Shown here piece by piece: positions 10,639 to 20,774 of a stretch of DNA of 64,000 bases. The notes beneath the pieces are model-generated. The model did no database searches. It was not told the origin of the DNA and saw only the letters and a program-made list of their open reading frames with translations. Within the stretch, counting starts at the first letter, position 1; every line of letters begins with the position of its first letter. This DNA comes from Sphingobacteriaceae bacterium (GTDB lineage Bacteria > Bacteroidota > Bacteroidia > UBA7662): contig JAUXNJ010000010.1 of assembly GCA_030682795.1 (NCBI GenBank), positions 176,660-240,659 on the forward strand, read 5' to 3'. A program made the translations under genes and the position numbers.

Positions 10639-11796
10639 CTATAAAGATGCTTGTTTACGGCCCTTCCATTCCCAATTTTTTTGGCCTATGGTGAGGGCCG
10701 TGGCCAAGGCATAAAAGGGGTGCATACAGCTGGCAATAATCATTTGAGCCAAATTGAAACGAATGCCAAAAGACCGCATTACCGCTGCTACCACCCAGTA
10801 TTCGGATACAATTTTCATAACCCACAAGCCAGCAAAAGCCAAGCCGCCGGCTTTGCCCAGTAAAAGCAAAAATGGACTCAACAAATAAAGCAGGAGCACG
10901 AAGGAAGGCATGGCTGCTACGAGTACATGTTTGAAATCGTGACTTCGCCACTTGGAAGCCCAGCGCGCGCGTTGCGATAAAAACTCAGCCCAACTTTTTT
11001 GAGGTTGTGTACGCACCAAAAGTTGTGGCTGATGGCTGTATTTTGCCGAGGCTTTTCCGTAAGTACTGATGATTTTTTTCAGCAAAAACTCATCGTCTCC
11101 CGATAAAAAATGGTTGTTTCCGTGATAACCATTTACTTGCTCAAAGGCCGATTTACGGTAGGCCATATTGGCGGCATTACACATAAACGGACTGCCAATG
11201 CTAAAGCTCAGCCGGGTTACGAGCAAAATACTCGCCCAATCAACCTGCTGAAAAGTGTTTAAAACGTATTCAGGCAGGGGGGCACTCATTACGGGCCCAG
11301 CTGACAGTTGTATTTTGTCGTTAGTAAAGGGGGCGGTGAGGCGTTCGAGCCAGTCCGTGCCGAAGCTACAATCGGCATCGGTAGTCACAATAATTTCGCC
11401 CTTGGCAACGGCCAAAGCGGTGCTGATGGCCGCTTTTTTGCCTTGGCCGGTAGCTTGTAACAGTCGCCAATCCTTACCAGCCACCAAGGCATCTTGAACA
11501 GCCTGTTGCAGGAGCTGCAGACTTTCATCTTCTGAATGGTCGTCAACCAGCAGCACCTCCAAGCTTGGGTAGCTTAGTTGGTGGAGATGTTGAAACAGCG
11601 CTGGTAAATTGGCCGCTTCGTTGCGAATGGCAATTACCAAACTCAGGGGAGGCAAGGGCGAAAGGGGTGCATAATCTTGCTCTTTTCTTAGCCAATAGTA
11701 GCCTAAGGTTGCAAAAAGTAACAGATAGCCGAAGCTTAGCAGCCAGTAAGCTTGGGTGAGCAGGTTAATCCACAAAAGCGCATCAAGCTTTAACAT
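10639..11796 (-). CDS. Glycosyltransferase family 2, membrane-anchored
   Basis: IAIRNEA, DDHSED, TDAD, SGDD and QRARW motifs. Confidence 0.92.
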   Translation of the reverse strand: MLKLDALLWINLLTQAYWLLSFGYLLLFATLGYYWLRKEQDYAPLSPLPPLSLVIAIRNEAANLPALFQHLHQLSYPSLEVLLVDDHSEDESLQLLQQAVQDALVAGKDWRLLQATGQGKKAAISTALAVAKGEIIVTTDADCSFGTDWLERLTAPFTNDKIQLSAGPVMSAPLPEYVLNTFQQVDWASILLVTRLSFSIGSPFMCNAANMAYRKSAFEQVNGYHGNNHFLSGDDEFLLKKIISTYGKASAKYSHQPQLLVRTQPQKSWAEFLSQRARWASKWRSHDFKHVLVAAMPSFVLLLYLLSPFLLLLGKAGGLAFAGLWVMKIVSEYWVVAAVMRSFGIRFNLAQMIIASCMHPFYALATALTIGQKNWEWKGRKQASL

Positions 11797-12174
11797 GACA
11801 ATCGATTGCGCTTTTGGAAAGAAGAGAAAAGGCAGAACAAAGTCTTAAAGTTTTGGGGTTTGATGGGCTTTTGCAAAATGTTGGAAGTCGCAAATTTATG
11901 GTTTTTGATAGTAAATATGAGAGATGCCGGGAATTCTTTCCTTAAATTTTGCTTGTCAAGGCAGGTGGTTTTGCGGGATGGTAGCGGAGGTGTTCAAGTG
12001 GTAAGCTTTAGGTTTGGTTTTGTGCGATGAAGTTTTTTGAGCTCTAATTCATGTAGTGATTAGGTTGGCACCTGATTGCTTTTGATCAGGAGGAACAATT
12101 TGCTTTGAATCAAAAGTTTGAACGAGTTGTCTTAGCGAGCTGGGCTCGCCCGCCCAAATGCTTATCTTCGCCTT

Positions 12175-12882
12175 ATGCACGGCAAATTATACCTCATTCC
12201 TTCTTTATTGGCACCCGATACCGCGGTGCAGACCATTCCTGCGGCCATTACCCCTTTGGTTACCCGCTTGCAGCATTTTATTGTGGAAAGCGAGAAGGAA
12301 AGCCGCCGTTTTTTGAAGCTACTGAACCGCGACATCGACATCAACGTGCTGCAGTTTCAATTGCTCAATGAGCATACTCGTGAAATGAGTCCGAAGCGCT
12401 TTTTGGCGCCGGCTTTGCAGGGGCACGACATCGGCTTGTTGTCCGATGCGGGTTGTCCGGCCGTGGCCGATCCCGGCGCTTTGGTGGTTGCCGAAGCCCA
12501 TCGCCAAGGCGTACAGGTGGTGCCGCTCACGGGCCCTTCGAGTATTTTGTTGACGCTGATGGGCTCGGGTTTTAACGGACAACGCTTTTGTTTTCAAGGC
12601 TACCTGCCGGTGGAAAGAGCGGCGCGCAAGCAGGCCATTTTAGAGCTTGAGGCCGAAAGCCGCAAGCGCAACATGACCCAGCTGTTTATCGAAGCGCCGT
12701 ACCGTAACAACCAAATGCTCGAAACGCTGGTGCAAAGTTGTCATCCCAATACCAAACTCTGCATCGGTACCGAGCTCACGGGGCCCAACGAAATGCTCCG
12801 CACCCGTCGCATTGCCGACTGGCAGGGCGCGCTGCCCGATTTGCACAAAAAGCCGGTGGTTTTTGCTTTGTATGCGGAGTAG
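12175..12882 (+). CDS. SAM-dependent methyltransferase, tetrapyrrole methylase/RsmI-like
   Basis: GKLYLIP, LSDAGCPAVADPG, GPSSI and FIEAPYRN. Confidence 0.88.
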   Translation: MHGKLYLIPSLLAPDTAVQTIPAAITPLVTRLQHFIVESEKESRRFLKLLNRDIDINVLQFQLLNEHTREMSPKRFLAPALQGHDIGLLSDAGCPAVADPGALVVAEAHRQGVQVVPLTGPSSILLTLMGSGFNGQRFCFQGYLPVERAARKQAILELEAESRKRNMTQLFIEAPYRNNQMLETLVQSCHPNTKLCIGTELTGPNEMLRTRRIADWQGALPDLHKKPVVFALYAE

Positions 12883-13018
12883 GCTTCTTTAACGCTTAGC
12901 GAGAAAGGCGAAAAAGAGGCTAAATGCATATCTAGTTGTTCGATACCAGGAAGCTGTACAAAACCACTAGCTCAAACATGTATAAGCATTTAGGAATCTG
13001 TATCTAAATAGAACCTAA

Positions 13019-13055
13019 AAATTAGGCTTCTCGAGCAGTCGGAGAGGCCTAATTT
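13019..13055. terminator. Hairpin between convergent genes, probable intrinsic terminator
   Basis: aaattaggcttctc-N9-gagaggcctaattt, just past the stop of 13058..14650. Confidence 0.7.
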
Positions 13056-13057
13056 GG

Positions 13058-14650
13058 TTAGTGGGCAATAATAATCTTTTCAAAATGGCGCCGGCCTGTT
13101 GTGCTTTGGAAACTGAGAACGTAAAAGCCATTGGGTAGGTCGCGCACATCCATGTAGCTGCTTCCCGAAGCATGATTTATGCTGCGGATGCTTCTGCCGT
13201 TTAAATCGAGTAGCGTAAATGCTCCGTCCAGTTCTATTTCCACCGCAATACTTTCATTGGCGGGGTTGGGATAGGCTTTAAATTTCGCCAATTCCAGTTC
13301 CCTTGCCGAGGTAGAAAGGTTGCCAGTTTTATTAAGCACTACTAAACGCGCATCCATGCCAAAGGGAGCCACATTATCGCTTTCGTGCATGAGCAAGGCC
13401 ACACCCGAATCGGCCAAGGCTACCAAATCAATAAAGTGCTTTTCTTTGCCAGGCTCATGAATTTCACGCTGCCAGCGGATGTTTAAATTGGAGTCAAGGC
13501 AATAAACCACCAGACCAGTTTCTATACCTGTAAGATAAGGCATAAGCGGGCCTACTGGAAAATAGTCATACACTTTGGTGCCTACCAAATAGATGTAATC
13601 TTTGTACTTTAAATCAAGCGCTGTATTGTCGTTGATGTAAATAGGCCATTGTTGCGAAGGGATGTATTTGAGTTGCAGGGAGGAGGAGTCCAAGTTTTTA
13701 TTGATCTTAAAAACGGCCAAATGATTCGACATGGTACGGTGTTCAAACAACTGAAAATCATTGTACGGCGGTAAGTTGTGAGTGTTGGCCTGCCCGGCCA
13801 TGATCAGCTCAGTAGATCCGAATTTTTTAATGCTGCGAATCTTGGTTGGACTGCTATTGTCACCCGAGGTAGTGCCCCTGAACGGCGCCAAATGCGGAAT
13901 CACAATGGAGCTTTGCATCACGCTGTTTTGGTCATATTTCCGCACGATTCCTCGCTTACAGGGCAGGGGAATGGGATTACAACCTCCCGTAACCGACTGC
14001 GGCAAGGCTTGATAAAAAGCCAATCCTCCTCCATCTGCTTCAATGTGCAAAGGTGTGAGGCGGCCATCAATGAAAGTTGGATAAGGGAAATGAAACGAAT
14101 CTACCAATACATGACTGCTGTTGTAAAAATAGGTTTTGGGCGAGCCATTGAGGTTTACATAAATGCCAGTATCTACATCTATGATGTTGGGTGGCGGAGG
14201 CAAATAATTGGGCACAAACACATAAGGTAAACGAATAATAATTTGAGCTTGTGTTAGCTGTGGATTGATTTCAAATATTTGGCAGGTATAGCCGGTAGGA
14301 CTGGTAGTATCAAAGGCATAACCATAGCTCAAAAAACGTTGGTTGCTTTTTGAATATAAATGACTTATATCTGGAGTGAAACCGGTTGATGAGGAGTCCT
14401 TTACTAAGGTGCCTGTTTTGTGATTGTATACAAACATGTTCCACGAGGAGAGTAATGGATCTTGGTAAATTGCAGCTGCATCATATCCAGAAAAGGCCAC
14501 CGAACTGTCGTTTACTCTTACCAATTTAAATATCTGGTAACCTTCATCTAAACTGGTGTAGAAAGTAGTATCAACTTGTTGGGCATGGATGTAAGTTGAA
14601 GTCGTGAAGAAGGTCAGCTGAAGAACAATAAGCGTAGATTTTATGGTCAT
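13058..14650 (-). CDS. Secreted protein with T9SS type A C-terminal sorting domain
   Basis: Signal peptide; C-terminal YPNPA...LNGR...LPNGFYVL...KIII. Confidence 0.88.
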   Translation of the reverse strand: MTIKSTLIVLQLTFFTTSTYIHAQQVDTTFYTSLDEGYQIFKLVRVNDSSVAFSGYDAAAIYQDPLLSSWNMFVYNHKTGTLVKDSSSTGFTPDISHLYSKSNQRFLSYGYAFDTTSPTGYTCQIFEINPQLTQAQIIIRLPYVFVPNYLPPPPNIIDVDTGIYVNLNGSPKTYFYNSSHVLVDSFHFPYPTFIDGRLTPLHIEADGGGLAFYQALPQSVTGGCNPIPLPCKRGIVRKYDQNSVMQSSIVIPHLAPFRGTTSGDNSSPTKIRSIKKFGSTELIMAGQANTHNLPPYNDFQLFEHRTMSNHLAVFKINKNLDSSSLQLKYIPSQQWPIYINDNTALDLKYKDYIYLVGTKVYDYFPVGPLMPYLTGIETGLVVYCLDSNLNIRWQREIHEPGKEKHFIDLVALADSGVALLMHESDNVAPFGMDARLVVLNKTGNLSTSARELELAKFKAYPNPANESIAVEIELDGAFTLLDLNGRSIRSINHASGSSYMDVRDLPNGFYVLSFQSTTGRRHFEKIIIAH

Positions 14651-14763
14651 TTGGCAGGTTAAAACGAGTCACTGTATTTATATAAAACAATGAGCAAGAT
14701 ACGAAGCTGGTGGATTTAATTGTCATGGAAACATCAAAAGCAGCATTCGCGCGTTTTTTATCG

Positions 14764-15687
14764 TCAAGATATGGCTGCTTTGCCTTCCTCCCGCGCCAGC
14801 TGCTTCTCAAATTGGTTGTGCACCACCAGCATGAGCAAGCCAAACAACAAGGCCGTTAAAATGAGCAGGTTGTTGAGCAGTCCATCGACCGAAAACGACA
14901 GTCGCAGTAAAATGGTAGAGATGATGAAGCCCGAATTGCGCATCACTTTGTGGAATTCGTCGGTGTAGAAAAACGAAAACAGCAGCAAAAGCACGTCAGC
15001 GATGATTAAAACGGTGAAAAACTGCTCAAAAAAGATGTTGTTGATGTTTTCGAACGAAGGCCCTTGGAGGAGGCTGGGTTGGATTTCGCCGATGCTCCAG
15101 CTGGTAAAGGTATAGGCCGCTAGCACCATCAACACCAGCACCAAGGCCGCGGCAATCACCTTTTTGATGCGAATGAAACGCGCGAGTCCCGCTTGGTGCT
15201 GCTCCTCCAGCGACTCAAGCCGGTACCTTTTGCTGCTTTGGCGGTAAAACTGAAAGATGAGAAAGAACAAAACGACCGATGACAGCAGGTCGTAGGTGAA
15301 CTGTAAGTCGTATTTAATATCGAACCAGTCGTACGACAAACTGAGGTTCGATAAATCTTTAAACAGCCGCCGGATGATGATCAACGAAATGATTTCGTAC
15401 TGTTTGGCAATGTAGGTAGTGATGGATTTAGGCAGGTAATACAGCAGCAAATACACCTCATACACCAAAATGAACGAAAAAGGGGTGTAGATGGCGGCAA
15501 TGGGATTGGTGAGCAGGTTCGAAGGGTCATCCAGCTTCAGAAAACCAAAATCGACTAAAAAAATCAAAGCCAAATGCACCAAAAAGCTCACGATGGCAAT
15601 GATGAGGATGATGCGCTCCCCCTTTTTTTTGGTTGCTGCCGATAGCAACTTGTTGTAGAGTTGCGAAAAAGTGGTAGGTAGGGCCAT
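14764..15687 (-). CDS. Polytopic membrane protein of unknown function
   Basis: 307 aa with ~8 hydrophobic segments. Confidence 0.75.
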   Translation of the reverse strand: MALPTTFSQLYNKLLSAATKKKGERIILIIAIVSFLVHLALIFLVDFGFLKLDDPSNLLTNPIAAIYTPFSFILVYEVYLLLYYLPKSITTYIAKQYEIISLIIIRRLFKDLSNLSLSYDWFDIKYDLQFTYDLLSSVVLFFLIFQFYRQSSKRYRLESLEEQHQAGLARFIRIKKVIAAALVLVLMVLAAYTFTSWSIGEIQPSLLQGPSFENINNIFFEQFFTVLIIADVLLLLFSFFYTDEFHKVMRNSGFIISTILLRLSFSVDGLLNNLLILTALLFGLLMLVVHNQFEKQLAREEGKAAIS

Positions 15688-15803
15688 GCGCAGGTTTAGC
15701 TAAGTGGAAGTATCCACAACAGCTTAACTTCCTAAAAGTTTTATTTTCAAGGGGTTGAGGTGGGGGGGTTCGCTGAGCATATTTTTTTTGCGCCACTTTT
15801 AGC

Positions 15804-15839
15804 AAAAAAAAGGGATGGCCTTGCATGCGACCATCCCTT
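15804..15839 (-). terminator. Intrinsic terminator of tpx
   Basis: aagggatgg...ccatccctt stem with an A-run (U-run on the minus strand) just after the tpx stop. Confidence 0.75.
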
Positions 15840-15846
15840 CAGCATT

Positions 15847-16347
15847 TTATTTCAAAACCGCCAAAGCAGCGTCGTAATTCGGTTCCTGTCCAATTTCAGG
15901 CACCAGCTCGCTGTGGATGATGTTACCTGTTTCGTTCACCACCACTACAGCACGAGCGAGTAAACCCGCAAAGGCGCTGTCGGCAATGGCCACGCCGTAA
16001 GCATCGCCAAAAGCATGGCTTTTGTACTCGGCCAGCGACTGCACCTTGTCGATGCCCTCGGCGGCGCAAAAACGCTTGTGGGCAAAGGGGAGGTCGCGAC
16101 TCACATTCAACACCGTGGTGTTGTGCAAGCCTGCCGCTTCCTGGTTAAAACGACGCACCGAAGCCGCGCACACATTGGTATCGATGCTCGGGAAAATGTT
16201 GAGCACCACGCGCTGACCTGCAAAATCGGCCAGAGACACGTCCTTAAGACTGCTGTCGGTAAGGCTAAACGCCGGTGCGCTGCTGCCAACGGCCGGCAAT
16301 TCGCCAGCGGTATGAATGGGATTTCCTCCCAAAGTAATTTTTGCCAT
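15847..16347 (-). CDS. tpx: Thiol peroxidase
   Basis: FPSIDTNVCAASVRRFN, SRDLPFAHKRFCAAEG and EPNYDAAL. Confidence 0.96.
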   Translation of the reverse strand: MAKITLGGNPIHTAGELPAVGSSAPAFSLTDSSLKDVSLADFAGQRVVLNIFPSIDTNVCAASVRRFNQEAAGLHNTTVLNVSRDLPFAHKRFCAAEGIDKVQSLAEYKSHAFGDAYGVAIADSAFAGLLARAVVVVNETGNIIHSELVPEIGQEPNYDAALAVLK

Positions 16348-16451
16348 GGTATGTTTTTAAAAGCAACAAACTACGGGGCACAAATGCTTTCATGCAAGAA
16401 AAATTTAAAGAACTATCTTTGCCCGCCGAGGAACAAGCCCGTATGGGTGGG

Positions 16452-16492
16452 TGACAACTTGGCATAGCATACCGCCTTGGCAAACATCTTGC
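16452..16492 (+). promoter_or_regulatory. Putative sigma54-type -24/-12 promoter and upstream dyad before grpE-dnaJ
   Basis: TGGCAAACATCTTGC (16478-16492) fits TGGCACnnnnnTTGC spacing. Imperfect dyad TGACAACTTGGCA at 16452-16464. A TATCTTTG -7 box also lies at 16414-16421. Confidence 0.5.
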
Positions 16493-16522
16493 GCCATAGG
16501 TAAAAAAATAAGAATAGAACGC

Positions 16523-17107
16523 ATGAGCAACGAACAGGAAGCGATACACGACAAGAATGCCGAAACGACTGCCGAAAAGGCAGCAGAAATGCAGGCCGAA
16601 GCCGAGCAGCTGAGCGCCACCGAGGCAGCAGCTGCGGAGGAAATGGGTGCCGAAGCCGACGAAGCCGCAAAACTGCGTGCCGAATTAGACGAGATGCAGA
16701 AAAAATACCTCTACCTCTTGTCGGAATTTGAAAACTACAAGCGCCGCACGGCCAAAGAGCGCCTCGATTTGTTTAAGACAGCCTCGAAAGACCTTTTGGT
16801 GGAATTGCTGCCGGTGCTCGACGATTTTGAGCGCGGTTTGCAGGCCATGGAGGTATCGACCGACGTAGCTGCTGTAAAAACCGGGGTAGACCTCGTTTAT
16901 AACAAATTTAAAGGCATCCTTTCCAACAAAGGCCTCCAGCCTATTGAATCGGTGGGTGCCGATTTTGATACCGAACTGCACGAAGCCATTTCGCAGGCAC
17001 CCGCCGCGGAGGAAGCGCAAAAAAACAAAGTAATGGCCGAGGTGGAGAAGGGCTACAAGCTCAACGAGCAAGTGGTGCGTTACGCCAAGGTAATTGTAGG
17101 GGTGTAA
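16523..17107 (+). CDS. grpE: Nucleotide exchange factor GrpE
   Basis: EFENYKRR, LLPVLDDFER, FDTELHEAI and KGYKLNEQVVRYAKVIV. Confidence 0.97.
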   Translation: MSNEQEAIHDKNAETTAEKAAEMQAEAEQLSATEAAAAEEMGAEADEAAKLRAELDEMQKKYLYLLSEFENYKRRTAKERLDLFKTASKDLLVELLPVLDDFERGLQAMEVSTDVAAVKTGVDLVYNKFKGILSNKGLQPIESVGADFDTELHEAISQAPAAEEAQKNKVMAEVEKGYKLNEQVVRYAKVIVGV

Positions 17108-17110
17108 AAC

Positions 17111-18241
17111 ATGGCGAAAAGAGATTATTACGAGGTGCTGGGCATTGCCCGCAATGCGTCGGAAGACGAAATCAAGAAGGCATACCGCAAGGCAGCCATC
17201 AAATTTCACCCCGATAAAAACCCCGGCGATGCATCGGCTGAGGAGAAGTTTAAGGAAGCGGCCGAGGCTTACGAAGTGCTCAGCAATGGCGACAAGCGCG
17301 CGCGCTACGATCGTTTTGGGCACCAGGGCGTGAACAATGGTCCTGGTGGCGGCGGTGGCTTCAGCATGGACGATATCTTTAGCAACTTCGGGGACATTTT
17401 CAACGAAGGATCGCCATTTGAAAGCTTTTTTGGAGGCCGTGGCGGAGGCGGTGGCAGCCGGGCACGGGCCAATCGCGGTACCAATTTGCGCATCCGTGTA
17501 AAACTTACCCTCGAGGAAATTGCCAATGGCGTAGAAAAGAAAATCAAAGTAACCAAAGCTGTTGCGGCCGAAGGGGTTACCTATAAAACTTGTGCTACTT
17601 GTGGTGGTTCGGGACAGGTGAGTCGCATTACCAACACCATTTTGGGCCAAATGCGCACCGCTAGCACTTGTCCGCATTGCGAAGGCTCTGGCCAAATGGT
17701 CGATCGGCGTCCTGCCGGGGTCGATCCCGACGGCTTGGTGCGTAAAGAAGAAGTAATCAGCATCAACATCCCAGCCGGGGTAGCCGAGGGCATGCAGCTT
17801 ACGGTGAGCGGCAAGGGCAATGCGGGTCGCAATGGCGGTCCTGCTGGCGACCTCATGGTATTGGTAGAAGAAGAGGAACATCCGCACTTCAAGCGCGATG
17901 GCAACAACATTTTGTTTGACCTCGACATCAGCTTTGTGGACGCCGCTTTGGGTGCGCAAATTGATGTGCCTACCCTCGATGCCAAGGCACGCATTAAGCT
18001 TGAGCCAGGCACCCAGCCAGGTAAATTGCTGCGCCTAAAAGGCAAAGGTTTGCCGAGTGTAAACAGCTATGGCCGGGGCGATTTGATTATTTTTGTGAAT
18101 GTGTACGTGCCCACCAAACTGAGTCGCGAAGAAAAGGAGCAGTTGGAAGCCCTGCGCGATGCAGCCAATTTCCACCCAGGTGCTGATAACGTGAAAAAAT
18201 CGAGCTTCTTTGATCGGATGCGGGATTTTTTTAATGAATAA
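17111..18241 (+). CDS. dnaJ: Chaperone DnaJ
   Basis: J-domain HPDKNP, G/F-rich region, two CxxCxGxG repeats and C-terminal domain. Confidence 0.97.
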   Translation: MAKRDYYEVLGIARNASEDEIKKAYRKAAIKFHPDKNPGDASAEEKFKEAAEAYEVLSNGDKRARYDRFGHQGVNNGPGGGGGFSMDDIFSNFGDIFNEGSPFESFFGGRGGGGGSRARANRGTNLRIRVKLTLEEIANGVEKKIKVTKAVAAEGVTYKTCATCGGSGQVSRITNTILGQMRTASTCPHCEGSGQMVDRRPAGVDPDGLVRKEEVISINIPAGVAEGMQLTVSGKGNAGRNGGPAGDLMVLVEEEEHPHFKRDGNNILFDLDISFVDAALGAQIDVPTLDAKARIKLEPGTQPGKLLRLKGKGLPSVNSYGRGDLIIFVNVYVPTKLSREEKEQLEALRDAANFHPGADNVKKSSFFDRMRDFFNE

Positions 18242-18246
18242 AAAAT

Positions 18247-18395
18247 GATTTTCGATTGTCGATTGCGATTTAAGAATAGCGATTGTGTTTTTAGATAGGT
18301 GATTGAGTTTTTATCAAGGTAGATTTTTCTCAAACTCACCCTATATCGCGCTTTTTAAATCGCAAATCGCAAATCGCAATCGCCAATCGCTAATC
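18247..18395. repeat. ~150-bp imperfect palindrome with arms made of GATT(G/T)(G/C)C / (G)C(A)AATC micro-units
   Basis: Left gattttcgattgtcgattgcgatttaagaatagcgat pairs with right atcgcgctttttaaatcgcaaatcgcaaatcgcaatcgccaatcgctaatc; inner stem taggtgattgag/ctcaaactcacccta. Confidence 0.8.
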
Positions 18396-18404
18396 CAGAA
18401 TCCC

Positions 18405-19676
18405 TCATTTTCCAAAGCGCTCAAAAGCCGCTCTATCCAACGCCTCTTGGTGATCGGGATGCGCGATGCTGATGAGCGCTTTGGCACGTTGCAGCAGGTT
18501 TTTTCCGTACAAATCTACCGCACCATATTCAGTTACGATGTAATGCACGTGCGCCCGGGTGGTTACCACGCCCGCACCTTCTTTTAAAACAGGCACCAGC
18601 TTGCTCACACCTTTGGCAGTTTGCGATGGCAGGGCAATGATGGGTTTGCCGCCCTCCGATAGCGAGGCGCCGCGGATGAAGTCCATTTGGCCACCTACCC
18701 CCGAGTACATCTTGGTGCCGATGCTGTCGGCGCAGACTTGTCCGGTTAAATCAATTTCCACCGCCGAGTTAATGGCGGTAACTCTTGGGTTGCGGCGAAT
18801 CACGGCGGTATCGTTCACATAAGCCACATCTAACATGGCCAGCTGCGGATTGTCGTGCATAAAGTCATACAACTTTTGGGTACCCATGGCAAAGGTGCTT
18901 ACAATTTTGCCCGGATGGATGCGCTTCATGGAGCCATTCACCACTCCCGATTCGATCAAGGGCAGTACGCCATCGCTAAACATTTCGGTGTGGATGCCGA
19001 GGTTTTTGTGGTTGTTCATAAAGCGCAAGGCTGCATTTGGAATGCCGCCGATGCCCATTTGCAAGGTGGCACCATCTTCTACCAAACCCGCCACATGCTT
19101 GCCAATGAGGGTTTCAATTTCGTCGGGTTCGCCGAGGTCATGGGCAGGCAAATACTCGTCTACTTCAATGCAGGCGTCGAATTTGCTTACGTGAATGAGT
19201 CCGTCGCCCAAGCTACGAGGCATTTTTTGGTTGATTTGGGCAATCACTACCCGGGCTTTTTCAACCGCTGCTGGGGCGGCATCCACCGAAGTGCCCATGG
19301 AGCAAAAACCGTGGCGGTCGGGCGGCGATACCTGCAGCAATACTACATCTACCGGCAAAATATTGCGGCGGAACAGCAATGGAATCTCGCTTAAAAACAC
19401 GGGTATGTATTGCGCATGTCCCGTTTGCACGGCATGGCGGATGTTGGCACCAATAAAAAACGCACTTACTTTGAAGCTTTCGGCATATTCGGGCTGGGCA
19501 TAACGTGCTACGCCTTCGGTGTGCAAATGGTAGAGCTCTACATTGCGCAACTCGCTGGCACGGTCGGTGAGGGCATTCACCAAATGCTGCGGTGTGGCTG
19601 CCGCGCCATGTATAAAAATGTGATCGTTCGATTGTACCAGTTTTACCGCTTCCGCGGCCGAGCTAACGAGTTTCAT
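18405..19676 (-). CDS. Acetyl-CoA hydrolase/transferase (4-hydroxybutyrate CoA-transferase-like)
   Basis: LQMGIGGIP, GIHTEMFSDG, SGVGGQMDF and IAHPDH. Confidence 0.93.
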   Translation of the reverse strand: MKLVSSAAEAVKLVQSNDHIFIHGAAATPQHLVNALTDRASELRNVELYHLHTEGVARYAQPEYAESFKVSAFFIGANIRHAVQTGHAQYIPVFLSEIPLLFRRNILPVDVVLLQVSPPDRHGFCSMGTSVDAAPAAVEKARVVIAQINQKMPRSLGDGLIHVSKFDACIEVDEYLPAHDLGEPDEIETLIGKHVAGLVEDGATLQMGIGGIPNAALRFMNNHKNLGIHTEMFSDGVLPLIESGVVNGSMKRIHPGKIVSTFAMGTQKLYDFMHDNPQLAMLDVAYVNDTAVIRRNPRVTAINSAVEIDLTGQVCADSIGTKMYSGVGGQMDFIRGASLSEGGKPIIALPSQTAKGVSKLVPVLKEGAGVVTTRAHVHYIVTEYGAVDLYGKNLLQRAKALISIAHPDHQEALDRAAFERFGK

Positions 19677-19797
19677 ATACGTTGATGTTTGTGGCGGTAA
19701 AATTAGACAAAAAAGTCTAAATTTAAAGAGGCGTGGATAGGAAATTTTTACGCAGCTGGAGCTTGAATGCTGCAGTTCGATTTTATCTATTAAATTA

Positions 19798-20763
19798 GTG
19801 GAGATTATGCCTTGGATACTAGCCCTTTTTGCCTTGCTGGCCTTGCCTGTACGGCCAGACCTTCCCCTCGAAAGCCTGCTGCCGCGTTATGCCACGGGTG
19901 CCTCGCAGTTTCAAGAGGTGCAGGGCATTCAAACGCATTACCGCGATCAAGGTCAAGGACAGCCGATTGTATTGCTCCACGGCATGGCCAGCAGCTTGCA
20001 TACTTGGGAAGGCTGGGTAGCCGAACTGCAGCCGCATTATCGGGTCATCAGCATCGATATGCCGGGCTGGGGACTCACCGGTCCCGATCCGCAAAAGCGC
20101 TACCGCATCGAAGACCAAGTGGCTTTTTTAGCGGCATTCCTCGATAGTTTGGGCATCTCGAGTTGCGTGCTTGGGGGCAATTCGATGGGAGGCTGGTTCA
20201 GCTGGAATTTCGCGCTGGCCCATCCCGAAAGGGTACAGGCGCTGGTGCTGGTAGATGCGGCTGGGGTGCCGGCCGAAAGCACCGTGGCGACTACCTCAAC
20301 AGAAACTAAGACTTCCAATAACAAGCGTCCAGCTTACTTTAAGCTTACCGAACAGAACTGGTTGCAGTCGTACATACGGGTGGCCACGCCGCGCATCATC
20401 TATAAAAAAATGCTGCAGCAGGTGTATGTGCACGACAGTTTGGTAGACCGCGCCCTGGTAAACCGCTATTACCATTTAATGCGGCACGAAGGCAATCGGC
20501 AGGCTTTTCTCGACCGGGCCAAGCAGCGCGGGACAGGCGCAGGCCGATTTTACGAATTGCCGCAATTGCAAATGCCGGTGTTGGTGTTGTGGGGAGAAAG
20601 TGATCCCTGGATTCCGCTGGCGCATGCCGAGCGCTTTCAACAGCAAATGCCGCAGGCCGTGGTGGTGACTTTTCCGGAACTCGGCCATGTACCGATGGAG
20701 GAAAGCCCAGTTTTGACGGTTCAGCCGGTGATGCGCTTTATGGAGCAGTTGCCTAACAAATAG
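19798..20763 (+). CDS. Alpha/beta hydrolase
   Basis: LLHG, GNSMGG nucleophile elbow, WGESD and GHVPMEE. Confidence 0.92.
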   Translation: MEIMPWILALFALLALPVRPDLPLESLLPRYATGASQFQEVQGIQTHYRDQGQGQPIVLLHGMASSLHTWEGWVAELQPHYRVISIDMPGWGLTGPDPQKRYRIEDQVAFLAAFLDSLGISSCVLGGNSMGGWFSWNFALAHPERVQALVLVDAAGVPAESTVATTSTETKTSNNKRPAYFKLTEQNWLQSYIRVATPRIIYKKMLQQVYVHDSLVDRALVNRYYHLMRHEGNRQAFLDRAKQRGTGAGRFYELPQLQMPVLVLWGESDPWIPLAHAERFQQQMPQAVVVTFPELGHVPMEESPVLTVQPVMRFMEQLPNK

Positions 20764-20774
20764 TGAATTGTATT

